From: Raillietiella orientalis
Lineage: Eukaryota
Reading direction: 5' to 3'
DNA length: 64,000 nt
Assembly: GCA_036172245.1 (NCBI GenBank)
Contig: JAYWIR010000001.1
Location: forward strand, 4,216,001-4,280,000
Shown here: positions 38,300 to 50,072 of the stretch, piece by piece
Layout of the letters: each line of letters opens with the position of its first letter
Numbering within the stretch: the first letter of the stretch is position 1
The notes under the pieces: model-generated
The model's input: only the letters and a program-made list of their open reading frames with translations
Database searches by the model: none
What the model was told of the DNA's origin: nothing
Program-made: the position numbers and the translations under genes

Positions 38300-39500
38300 C
38301 TGGTAAAGACCAAGAATTTCCAAAATAAGGCATCAGCTTATCCGAACGTTCTTTTGCAAGTGAAAATTCCAAAAGAATCGACCTCACCATTCATTTTGTG
38401 TACCGACAGAATCTCGTTTTGTGTACGAAAATCTCTGACACCTTCATTCGTGGCATCCCTTGACAAATCACGAATCTTCCACTATCGTACCTGGAACTGT
38501 AAATGCCTGGACTTGTAGATGCTAAAGTGAATTTCTGAATGCATGTTAGCAACAAGGAGTGCCTTATTCTTGTTTCCCACTAAGTGAAGGTCAGCTAAGA
38601 AACCTTCTTTTGCAGTTGCATTGATATTTGTTATTGCCACTTGCTTCCGTTCAGTGATTATTTTCTGCAATTATTTACTGCAATTATTTTCTGGTAATTC
38701 TTCCAGCACAAGTTAGCCGCAAAGAAAAGCCGTTAAGATGAATTGGTCAACAAGGAGACTCCAGCGTTGGGCAACCTTTGGGTTGCAACACGCCACATGA
38801 CCATTCCTTGAGTATGCGGCGAGTCGCAGTCCTTTTAAAAACTGCACCAGCAGCCACGCCACGATTGCCAATTCCTTAAATTAAAAATTTATAACAGCAG
38901 TGCGTTTATTTCATTTTTTTTTTTTTTTTATTCTACATGATTCTAAATTCATGATTTCAAATGGATTTCGCTGTTCAACTATTTGGAAAAACCAGAGACA
39001 AAGTAATTATGGAGTGGCTGAAAAAAGATTGCAACTCGAAATAAAGCCTTAGTAGTCAGTTGTTTTTTCGAGTTCCGTCGACAAGACTTTTGTGCCCTGT
39101 GCAATAAGGTAAACCGTCTTTCCACTCTACGTCTTTTGCTGGCCCCAAATGAAGCACTAATCTTTTGTCATCTACTTCTGTTGTCAAAAATTTTCCAATC
39201 AAAGAGAATTGAACTTGTGATGTACGTCGCACGAAATTTTTCTTCATTATTTGGCACTTGGCATTTAAGGAGGATCTTTGTGCACACATTTTCAATATTG
39301 TATAGAAACCTTTACGGGAAAAAAGTTCACCAACTTAATAAACAAACTACACAAATTTGAACATGCTTTACAACTTATGCAGTTTTCCAAAAACCAACAT
39401 TCTATGCAGTGGCGGATCCATTTGTATAACAGAAAGTTGTTGTATAATACGGAATTATTCATGGTTAGCTTTCATGTTTGCCTTTTCATTTTTAGCGAGA
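38300..39500 (-). mobile_element. Decayed hAT (Charlie/SPIN-like) transposase remnant
   Basis: Minus-strand HCI...IKLVNF and FLADLHLVGNKNKALLVANMHSEI resemble hAT transposase blocks. A TIR-like CAGCGTTGGGCAACCT lies at 38762. Confidence 0.4.
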
Positions 39501-41419
39501 AGTACTAGTTTTGCTTAAGCCAGTTTCAAAGAGAGGGGATTCGTCCTGATTTCCAAAAGAGTTTCTCAGGCCGCGGGTTGCTTGCTACTGCGCCACGCGG
39601 TCCCACCTAGAAGCCCAGGGAACATGAAGAACACTCGTCACATTGACAAAAAGATGGAAAGAAAAAAAGATTCGGAGAATTCACGGTACGAAAATCGATT
39701 TCGTGCAACAAGGATGGCTGTAGGATCTGTGGCTGAAATTTTGGGATGGTCAAGTTTTGTTTCTCCAAGATCGTTTGGTAGTTGGAGGATGTAACTAACA
39801 CATTAGCATAGAATGCCATCAGTTTATGAATGAAAGTTACGTCCTAGGGGGAATAACAAAGAACACAGGTCGCTTCAGGATTATGTTTCCATGCTCCATG
39901 TTCCCGCGGAACCCAGAAATCCCAAAGCGACGTCCCTTTTTTAATTCGGCGGAACCGCGTATAAGGTACCGGAATTCGAGGTTCACGTGCGAGGAAGCAT
40001 CCAAGTAGAAAGCACTTCGCTTGAGTATGAGGAAGTTGCATGAGGACTTTGATGTGCACCTATTTGGAAGCCGGTACTGAAGATAGCAAACATTTATGGA
40101 TGCTGCTTGTGGAGAGAGGTTCTTCAACTCATTCCGGAAGCACGGATAGAGGCATCCATAAGTTCGAGCATGTCACGTGCGTCCATCAAATAAATCGGCT
40201 TGTAGTGCCCGCTGGCTGATCCTCCGCAAAATCACGAACACCGTGGGAGCAGTCAACGTCCGTCGTGCCTGCTCATGCACGTGTCCTGGATGTGACCTGG
40301 ATTGTCGTGCTCTTCCTGTGGTTGAAATGCTTGTACTTCTTGGGTGGAGCTCTCATGACTCTTACGGAAGACTTGTTCGGCCCCGAATTGCTGTGCTGGG
40401 AGGAGCAGCAGTCAGACAACGACTACCGGAAGTGCGCGGAAGCTCTCTCAAGAAAGTCTCACCCTGAGTGGATGTCGAACCTGCAGACTTCTTCGCTTGG
40501 CTGCTCGGTTTCATGGAGGCGAAGAACGGCCTGCACGTCTTGCAGCGAACAGAGACGGAAGAAAGCGGTCCATAATCTTTCCCATGACCTCGCTTCGTTT
40601 AGTAAAACTGCCCAGTGGCTGTGAGCTCGCTAAACGAGGAGGAAGAAAGGTTCTGCACGGCAAGCGCATTGGTTTCTAGGGAATCCGGCAACCACGAATC
40701 ACCCGGCTTCAAGAAAGATGCAGGAACTCTTCTTCAAGTTCAAAGTCTTGAGCGGACTTCCAGTTATTTCATTGAAGTGAAACTGTCTGAATGCCTCTTG
40801 CGTAAGATTTTCGTTTTCTTCAGCGTCTGCTTTGGCATTTTTCTGCTGTACGAGATACTGGGCACGCATGCAGACGTACGAGATTCAGGAGAGCAATGAT
40901 ACGCGGGAGGAATGTGAATAAGGCAACGAGAGAAGTTCCAGGGACAAGAGAGGAATGCGAATAAGGAAGGGCCTCAAGCAGCACTGTTTCAAAGGTCTGA
41001 GAGCCGGTGTTTGCCGGCGCCGTGGTGATACCCCTTCAGCTACATCCGAGACCTCCAACTTTTTCCTTCCACGACCGACTGCTTTCATCCCCCCCCCCCT
41101 CCCTCCTCCCTTGAGAAAATCACGCGCACCTCTGATGATGAGTGTGGTGTATCTTTACCCTTTCGGCGTTTTCTGGCAGGATAAAGAGACGGGAATAGGC
41201 GATTTTCAGCAACAGGATCCTTCAACGGGAATCCCTTCGAGGCGACCTCTCTCAGAGTCCTGCCTTCTCAGCAGCAGTAGTTGCTTCCGGAAAGCAGCGG
41301 ACGCGTCCCCTCGCCCACGGTTGGAAAATCTCTTTTGCTTCGAGTCGGCTGTGCTTACTCTTCCTGAAATATCTGCCAGCCAGCAAACAATCGGCAGCCA
41401 CTTGTGGTCACGGAAGGGG

Positions 41420-41990
41420 TTTGGGAATCGTGGGAGTGGGAGAACCCTTTTTCGTGCTTTGCTGCGAGATAGTTGACGAATCTTTGCCTAAGAATTACGT
41501 GGTGAGCGAAGCTTTACGTCAGATATCACCTCCGACACATCACTCAGAACCCCCTTCTTCCTCTATCCTGTTGCGGCTGCATGGGTGTCCCGTGCAAAAA
41601 GTCTCCTCGCAAGGTGCCGTTGTTCGCAAACAAGCAACACGAAGAACATCTCTTTCTCGGCGCGTTCTCCCTTTTATCTGTCTGAAACCAATAGGAAGCA
41701 GACTCACCGGAGATGATAAGCTGAGGGAACGACTGAAACGTCAGTACTTTTCATCCAGCCGTAAGATAAACTTCCCGGATTTCGTAATTTCCATAGATGT
41801 CCATTCCTTCAAACCTCCTACCGTTACCTGTCGGCGTGTGTGGCCGTCCAGCCGAGCTGCGCCGGAGGAGGAAATGCATGCGTTTCAGGGGGGCGCATTC
41901 GTTGCCGTTAGCGACCTTCACCGCGTTGGCGGCGGCACGGAAGATTGGTGTTTTTGCTCCAGTGGTAGGTGGCTGCTTATCTTCTGCTTC
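41420..41990 (+). mobile_element. Possible decayed LINE ORF1/gag-like remnant
   Basis: The ORF ends in a degenerate zinc-knuckle-like stretch (TVTCRRVWP...MHAFQGGAF). Weak. Confidence 0.25.
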
Positions 41991-42169
41991 TGAGTAGATA
42001 GTTCTCGCAAAAAGAATCCAAGCACTTATCAGTAAGTTGTTCGCATTCCTGTGAAATGTTAGCCAATGCATCGGCACGACTTTAAGAGTCTCTGGAAAAC
42101 AAGAAGGGGGAGAGGGGAAACTCGTACTGGGAAGTTCGTACGGGAGTTCAGCATGTTTGCTTTCAGGAC

Positions 42170-43870
42170 TTTTCTCTAATCGTAACGCTCATCGGTAATC
42201 ATTTCGTGGGTGGCGCAATGAGCAAATGGGACGAGGTTCAGCACTGACAGTGGATGTGCTCGATTTTCACCCGGGATCGCCGGGGTGTTTATTGACACCA
42301 ATAAACATCACATTATGATATGATAGGGCCATTGGATCTATCAAGTTCTCTCATCTGCACAGCTTGCCGAGAGGTCCGGTGCGCAGACAGGAGAGGATGG
42401 CCTCGACAGCAGAGGGGAGGGAAAAAAGAAAAACAAAAAAAAAATGAAAAATACGTAAATATAAATAGACTCTGGGGGGCACGGGAAGGGATCACTGTCT
42501 GCTGAAGACCGTCTTCTGCATCCTTTCCAAGATGCTGGCAACCTCTTCTCTCCTATTCTCCAGGTGGGGCCACCTCCTTGTCCTCCGTAAAAAAACGTAG
42601 GGTGAAGTGGATGGCGTCCCTGTAGGCTCCTCCTTCACTGGGGTCGCTCCACGCCGCCACAATCCCGCATAGGCAGCAAAGCGCTGCTAGGGATGAGTTC
42701 GGCGGCAATGCGTCGGGCACGAAGAGGGCTCTGAGTGCGTCCCTGGAATTGCCACATGGAGCCCAAAAGATCGTCGCTGCAAAGCGTCCCCACAACGGTC
42801 GCAGGGCAACGCAGTCCACAAGCACGTGCGGGAAGGTTTCCCGTTCCCTGCATCTGCTGCAATTCGGGTCCACGCAACCTCCGGATCCACAGATGTCGGC
42901 GGGCGTTGCATGGGAGGCCCCAGTGCAACAGCAGAAGCGCCGACTCCCACCACTCGAGAGGTAGGGTGCGGTTGTTCAGGAGCGCTGGGGACCACTCGAC
43001 ATCCTCACGGGGAACGCTCAGCAGCTCGCCCCAACGGCGACGCCGTCGTCGCGGAATTCCGGCTGCGGCAACACCCATGCGACCAGGGTTCCCACCTCCT
43101 TCCACTGCTTCCAGAAATCCTGCACTCGTCCTCAGAGGTCCTGCGAAGTCATGGCCGCACGTCGCGGTCTTCGCCAACTTCACACAGATGGCTGCGTTTT
43201 CAGGAGTCCCTTGTTTTCCCTTTTCCTGAAGTCTACAAACCTGCGGGAAAATGCTTCACAGAAAGAAAAAAAAAAATTTTTTTTCTATTTCTTCCTTCCC
43301 TCCTCCCCTCCTCCATTCTACATTCCATGGAAAAACGTAGAATTGCAAAAATCAGAACCATCCGGTTTCCGTTGAGCACCCCTCGAACTGGCTAGTGCAC
43401 CCCTGGGGTGCGCGCTCAAAGACCACCTGACAACCACAGTTGGTGAAGGAACAAGTGCGAAACTCGCTCCTAGCAAAGGGGCGCCCCGACCTTCAAAACT
43501 CGAGATCGCCCGAGTTCAAACACCGGATCTTCCGTTGCCGAGGTTGGAGTGCTCTCAATTACACCGCTGTCGTCACGCAGGATGTGCTTGTAATTTGAGA
43601 CGTGCGCAGCTCGAGAGCGCCGAGGGACGCGCGCGACAGACGAGCCGTGGTGGAACAGCAGCGCCGCGCCCCGCGACGGCCCGCGATCGACGAGGACCAT
43701 GGTCCATTCCGTGAACGGGGTTGCAGTTTCCGGAGCTGGAGAACGCCTGGCGGGCACGTATCGCACACGTCGCACGAGCCGCAGACGGGGGACGCCGCAG
43801 AGCTGCCGGCCGCGTTTCGTTCCGCGGCGGGCAGCCTCGCTGCAGCACGTCGGGGAACGCTCGCGAGATG
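42170..43870 (-). pseudogene. Frameshifted ZZ plus C2H2 zinc-finger (KCMF1-like) fragment, split by a retroelement
   Basis: Across frameshifts it reads FPDVL..GC...PVCGSCDVCDTC...SSGNCNPVHGMDH.MVLV. After removing 42263-43579 it continues EHIH...[R]PICSL...MITD, the same motif order as the KCMF1 N-terminus. Confidence 0.45.
42263..43579 (-). mobile_element. L1/Tx1 insertion (possibly composite) with 11-bp TSD, one mismatch
   Basis: GGATGTGCTCG at 42252-42262 and GGATGTGCTTG at 43580-43590. LHWGLPCNARRH...CSRCRERETFPHVLVDC; tail closely resembles 1746-1960. Confidence 0.75.
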
Positions 43871-44289
43871 GCGGGAACAACCGCTGGCCGGCGGGATTCG
43901 AGAAACGTCTCGAGCGACGGCGGCGTTCGAGCACTTGGTATCCTAGGAACGGCCACACCGTGCTTTCGGGAAAGTGTCTGCTTTGAACGCCATGGCGCGG
44001 GTCTGGAGTGCTCGCCTCGCTCCTCCTAATCAGGGAATCCTATCCCGAAAAGCGACGCAGCAAGCACGCAAGGGGAGTGACAATAAAGAATTAGGATATA
44101 ACCGGGATGGAGACAAGGCTCTCGCACAGAGGTGGGGTGGCTGGGGTGAACGCAGACGGATGAAGAGCTGTGGGTGAAGGACGGATTAAGTAAACTGCCC
44201 GCGACGTTAGTCGTCCCGTGGCGTGCGGGCAGCAACATAGTTGAGGATGGCAACTGAGGCGTGATTACTGCTAGATGTACACCTCGTCA

Positions 44290-47200
44290 TAGTGCCCTGC
44301 CTAGGCAACAACCACCGTTTCTGCGACAATTTTTGTGTGCTCTGACGGGCAAGTAACGGTCAAATGCAAGATAGAGGTGCCTAAACCACCCGGGTAGACG
44401 CGGGCCGGCCCCAAACCAAGGAGGACGGACCATCGACGCAGCAAGCGACGACAGCAACTGCGAGAGCATGCGAGGCTCCCCTCAGCAGGGATGCCGTACG
44501 GGAGCGTGGTCGCATCCGCCCCATCCGGAATGCCCGTGTCGACCACGGAGTGACCACGCGTTACCGTTGTCAGAGGAATTTCGGCCCCGAGGTGGCCGTT
44601 GTCACCTTCCCCGAGGGCCAACAACGCGGAACATGCGCGACATTCACCTCGCGAGATCGACTTTGAATACACCGAAGCCATCGTACCATTCGTCGGAGGA
44701 TTCTCCGTTCGCACGGACTACCCGGAAACAATCGAGGATCCCGTCGGCAACGGGCTGGTCATCAGAGGAAGGACCGCCTGAGGAGTTTCGGAGCACGCGG
44801 AGACGGCAGTGTACCTGGCTAGGCCTGCATCCGAAGACGGCGGCGACGCCATGTGGGAGCACTTCCAGAAGTACGGCGAAATCGTCCGCGTGAAAGAAAC
44901 TGGCACGAAGACACCGTCGGGGGAGAGGTCATCGTGAAGAACAGGATGCCGAGAGGCGCGAGAATTCCGAGTCTCGTCCGCATCCACGACCACTGGTGGC
45001 CTGCCGGGAGCAGACAGACTTCAGCCGCACTTGCATGGATACAGGACGGCGACCTGCCCAGAACTCAGGTGCAGGCATTGTGGGGCAAACCCGGGCACGC
45101 GCGGAGACCGAGTGCGAGGTCCTCAAGAGATGCTACTTCTGCAAAGATGACCGCCACGAGAGGAAGGACTGCTACAAACACAAGGAGTGGCTAGCTTGCC
45201 AGGAAGAAAGAGAGAGAGGCAGGGAAGGAAGAACTCTGCCGACGCACCAAAGGAGGTGCGAATGGTCCCCCTCCCCCTTTCGGAGCCGGAGGCCTCCGCA
45301 AAGGGCGATAAGTCGCCGAAGAAGAGCAAGAATGTCACCTGAGAGGAGCCTGCATCTAAGGCAGCGCCAGCCACCGCAATCCCGGAGGGAGATCGAGCGG
45401 GAAGCTGCAATCGAGGAACTGAAGGCTAAAATCGACGACCTGCGCTCCGCAATTAGAGCGACCGCTAATGAGGAGCAAAAGGGCAAGGCGTTCCAGCAGA
45501 CAAAGGAACTGCTGTAGCAATTGAGAGAGGAAGCGATCCCGCCGCAGGGGGCGATGCACCTGGAAGATCAGGTGTAGTCGGCCTCATCCCCTTCGTCCTT
45601 CGGGACAATGACCGAAAAAAGGGGAAGGAAAGGCGCAGAGCCGAGCCGTCTGCAATTGCGGAAGGGGAAGAGAGCGCGGCGAGCTGCTATACGTCCGAAG
45701 AGGACATTCCTGAGGAGGAAGTAGCAGCATTGCTGCAACCAAGGAGCCAGAGCAGGAGACAGGCGCGCCCAGAAAATCAGGGCGCAACTGTCCAAAAAGA
45801 AGAGAAAAACGAATTAAAGGAACCCAGCCGTCCATAAATGGCGCAATCCCTAACGCCGATACGGGAGATCGTGTTCTCATCCTGGAACATCAAGGGACGC
45901 ACGAACCCTACGAGGAGGAAGCACGTGACGTGGCTCTTGCGTTAGGAAGCCATCTCCTGCCTGCAGGAAGCCCACTTCCTGAATCCCGAAGTGCAAGAGG
46001 AACTGGAACGCGACATCCACGTAAACCAGGGCACAACCTGTCGCAAGGACGTGGATCCTGGTGAAGAAGACCCTTTCACCAACCATCCTGGAGATGTTTC
46101 GCGAGTGGGCAGGCTGTCTTTTGGGCCTGAGGATGGGGCACTCCGGAAGCGTACACCTGTTCGTGATGAACGTGTGCGGAAAGAGGAAAGCCTTCGCATG
46201 CGCGCCCTCATGGACCAAATGAAGAGCAAGGCCACCCCCAAAAACGTCGCCGTGATCGCGGGCGACTTCAACGTCCGGCTGGACGGAAGTTGTCACGATG
46301 AGACGGGCGCGCAGAACGCCTACCGGCACATGGTGGAGTGAACTCGTCTTCCTGTGCACGGGGGAGAACATGAGGCGCATCGACCACGTCGTGTACTCAG
46401 AAGCTCTCGACAATGGAATCCAGGGGATCCGGGCACTGGACACCAGGATCTGGGACCACCCCCTGCTGAAATGGAGAATGGGGTCGAGGAATCCCAGGAA
46501 GGAGAAATCGGTACCCCGGGTAGCTCTCATCTACATGTCCGAGTAATACGAACGTTTTCCCGTACCAGCGCGTCGTGGAGACCATCCTGGCCACGACCAA
46601 CATCTTGCGCGTGGAAGACTGGGGCACTCTCAAGCACACAATCCATTTCTTCTCGAACTTTCAGTGATAGGGATCTCTGCGAGGAATTTTGCAGGGAGAT
46701 CCACCAACTCCACCCCTCTAATTCTGAGTACTAAGAAGAATACCAGAGGCACTTCCTCGACAGGAGCGTCAAGAAGGACATCGGACGGCTGGAAAAGAAA
46801 AACCTGGCAACGGACATCTTCCACGTCCGTTACCGGGACAAGGACTGCCGAACCTTGGAGACCAGTGCTGGATGCCTTCCAGCACCACTACTCTAAGATG
46901 TTCAAAGAAAGATATATGGACCCCGGAGGCCAGGAGCGGATTCTACGCAACGTGAAGAAGCGCCGGGCCTCCCACGAGCAACGAAACTTGGATGAGGACT
47001 TCACAGCCGAAGAGATCGAGACGGCGTTCGACGGACTCTGTAAGGACGTGACGGCGGGCCCCAGCAGCGTGCTCGTCACGCACTACCAGAGGCACCTGTG
47101 TCTGTTCCGTCAGCTGCTGGACTGTACCTGCCGAGAAGGATGACTGCCTGCCTCCTTCCACCGAAGCAGGATGAGGCTGCTCCCCAAGAGCGACGGAGAC

Positions 47201-48518
47201 CTCTGCAACGTCACCCAGTGGAGGTCCATTTCCGTCCTGAACTCGGATGGCCATCCGGCTGAGGAAGATGCTGAATTCGTTGGTTTCCCCCACGCAGATG
47301 TGTGCCGTCCCAGTCAGACGCATGTGGGATAACTTGAAGTGCGCCCAGGGCCTCCTAGGGTACAATGGTTTCTTAGGGAACGACCTGGTGCTCAGCTTCA
47401 CCGACATCGAGAAGACCTTCGACTCGGTGGACTACGCCATGCTGCTGAAGATCCTGGAGAAGCTGGGCTTCCAGGGGAGATTCGTGCAGTACGTGGCCCA
47501 CATTCTGGAGGAGGTCAACTTCACGATCAGCATCAACGGGTCCACTTCTCACAACATCCAGATGGGAAGAGGAGTCCGCCAGGGAGATGCCCTGAGCCCC
47601 ATGCTCTTCATCATGTCGGACGAGCGGGATCAGGAGGCGTCCCTGGACATCGTGCAGGCCATGGAATGCGGCCTCAGACTTAAGGTGAATCCCAGCAAGT
47701 CCCATCTGCTCGCCATGGGAATACCGGACGTCACCGCCCTCCACGTCCACGGCTTCCGGATTGTGGACAGCGTCCGGAATCCTAAGTACCTCGGGGTACA
47801 CATCAAAGACGAAACACCAGTCCTGGAGTGGCAGCAATGGTCGACCATCCTAGCCAAGCTGCGAGAAGAAATCAGCCAGTACGTCGGAGACATCTTCTCG
47901 CAGAAGGACAAGGCCAACCTCTAGAACGAGGTGATGGCACCGAAGTCCCTCTTTGCTGCGCCTTTTCTCAAGATTCCCACCTGCTCATGGAGTGCGTTGC
48001 CCTCCGCTTCATGTAGGAACGTTTCGCCGCGTTCCTGGGGATCTCCAACGGCAACCACAGAGACGTTTTGAAGCGCCTATTCTCGCGCGATGACTTCACG
48101 CCTGCCGCATCCCTAGCAGCACTTTGCTGCCCACGGGGTGGGATCGTGCATGGAGCAGTGCTTGAGGAGGCCAGAACGACAGGGGCGCCATCTATTGTGC
48201 TTTCCTCTTTTTGAGGACAGCGTCAAGATGGCCCCACTAGGGAGTTGTGAAACAATAACTTCCCTGTATCCTTACAAGGATGCAGAGGACGCCCTCCGGC
48301 GGACAGTAATCCCTTCCCGTGCCCCCCAGAGTTTTTTTAATAATTATTTTTATTTTTGTTTGCCCCTTCCCCCCTCCGCTGCCGAGGAGAACCTCGACGG
48401 CCTGTGTGCCGGTTACTCGGTAGGTGCCGAACATTTTTGGACGATGTAGAGCCGATGGAACTACACCTGAATGTTTATTATTTTGATGATTAACACTCCG
48501 CCGTTACCTGGTGTTAAA
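44290..48518 (+). mobile_element. Near-full-length but dead L1/Tx1 retrotransposon (ORF1, APE endonuclease, RT, zf-RVT remnant, 3' tail)
   Basis: ORF1: MWEHFQKYGEI and CYFCKDDRHERKDC. APE: SSWNIKG, CLQEAH, VIAGDFN, RIDHVVYS, DHPLL. RT: WRSISVLNSD, TDIEKTFDSVD, GVRQGDALSPMLF, KYLGV. The YADD block is deleted, with stops and frameshifts. 5' boundary approximate. Confidence 0.9.
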
Positions 48519-48524
48519 CCAACA

Positions 48525-49400
48525 GTCCTCACTGGATCTCCATTTTTGATGTATTGTCAATCCGCCGATCCGCCTCACCACTCTCCAGTCTTGGACAAGG
48601 GTGCAGCAGACGCGTGTGTGAAAGTCATCCTCGGTTGACCCGCACGCGGGGCCCTGGTCGTCGTCAGGGTTTCCCGGTTCAGTGCTGGAGCCTCGTGCCG
48701 CACAGGATGCCTCCGGAGTAGGACATCAGGAGACAATCCTGAATGTCCGGCGGCAAGGAGGTTCTCCACAGGACCGTCCCGATCGACTGTGTGTCGAGGG
48801 CGGGGTTCCCTAGCTTGCCGTCCATCCTTTCCGCTGCTCCCTTTGGGGTTACTTGTCCTGGAATTTTGAGATTGTTTATCTGGGAGTTCACCCTGGACCA
48901 CTGCGTGCCTTGGGCTTGCCAAAGCTCGCGGGTCCTTTGGGTTATCTTTCCCTCGAGCGCTTTCTTGCACGCGTGGATTCTCTGTGCTTGGATGACCACA
49001 CTGTTTGAAAGTCGCTCGCATTCTTCCAACGCCATCTTGTTTTCGTTTATCCAGACTCCCGTGACCCAAGGGACGCTTATGAACAGCGGGATCAACTTGG
49101 TGGTTCCTTGACTTAGAGCTCCTTGCTTCTAGAGACGAACTTCAGGTGCAGATTATACAGGAGAGGCTGGATTCGTCGCCACGTCGGATCTACGTTCTTC
49201 CAGTTGCCCACTGTGAACTCCATGGCGGACATGAGACTGTCGGTCCTGTGCGTCAGCCTTGCGCAGGCGCGATGGAAGGCGAAAGACCGATCGTCCCTTA
49301 CGCTGACGATCCCGATCGGAAGTCCTAGAGTAATCTCACGGTAATGGCGACGTAACGCATGACGGTACCTCCTTCCGTTCCCGGGAAACACAGATGCTTC
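48525..49400 (-). mobile_element. L1/Tx1 ORF2 fragment related to 25946-27006
   Basis: SIGTVLWRTSLPPDIQDCLL aligns with AIGTVLWRSDLPPDTQDDLL. Confidence 0.75.
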
Positions 49401-49449
49401 AGCTTCTCCTTCGGTCTTCTGCTGCTCCAGACCTGGTTCCTCTGGATAT

Positions 49450-50072
49450 CGGCTACCTATGCCCCAGATGGGGACATCTAGCTGCCGTCCGCAGGAAGCA
49501 CAGGGCGAAGCAGCTGGCTACCCTATCGTGCCGCTCTCTTCTCGCGTAGCTCCAGGCCCAGCCGCAACCCCATGTAGGCAGCAGAGCTGCTAGGGGTGAG
49601 GCAGGCGAAAGGCAATCGCTCACGAAGAGGCACACTTCAACATGTCCCTGGGATTCACTGCTGGAGGCGAAGACTGTTGGAGGGAGAGGACAGTGTGCCC
49701 TGCTACGACCCCACCGTGCGGGTGATCGTGGCGTTCTTCCTGAGGTACATCCTCATCGGGAGAACGATGGCGATGAGGGATCAAATGAGGAACGTCCGGG
49801 ACGACCTCTAAGGACCGAACTCCTAAAGAAGGAAATAAACATTCGCACGTGCGTGCGGGAGAGTATCATGCTGGACCCTCCTGCATTGCCTAAGAATAGT
49901 CGGCCAGGACGGTGTAGTGTCGTACGCGCGAGGGGTCCAGTGACCTGGCAAGCGACCCACCGGTCGCTAAAGTGAGAGTGAGAGTGTTTGTTGGTTTGCT
50001 TGTCTTCCTTGTTTGTGCTAATATTGGTGTGTGAAAATAAATTCAACCCACCGCTAGTCGGACTGGGGGAAG
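49450..50072 (+). mobile_element. L1/Tx1 3' end (second tail type)
   Basis: Degenerate zinc-finger region; tail aataaattcaacccaccgctagtcggactgggggaag matches the architecture of 26969-27006. Confidence 0.6.

Noticed and set aside
38655-38700. Short tandem motif (ttattttctgcaa x3)
   Set aside because: Ordinary slippage repeat without spacers; not CRISPR-like.
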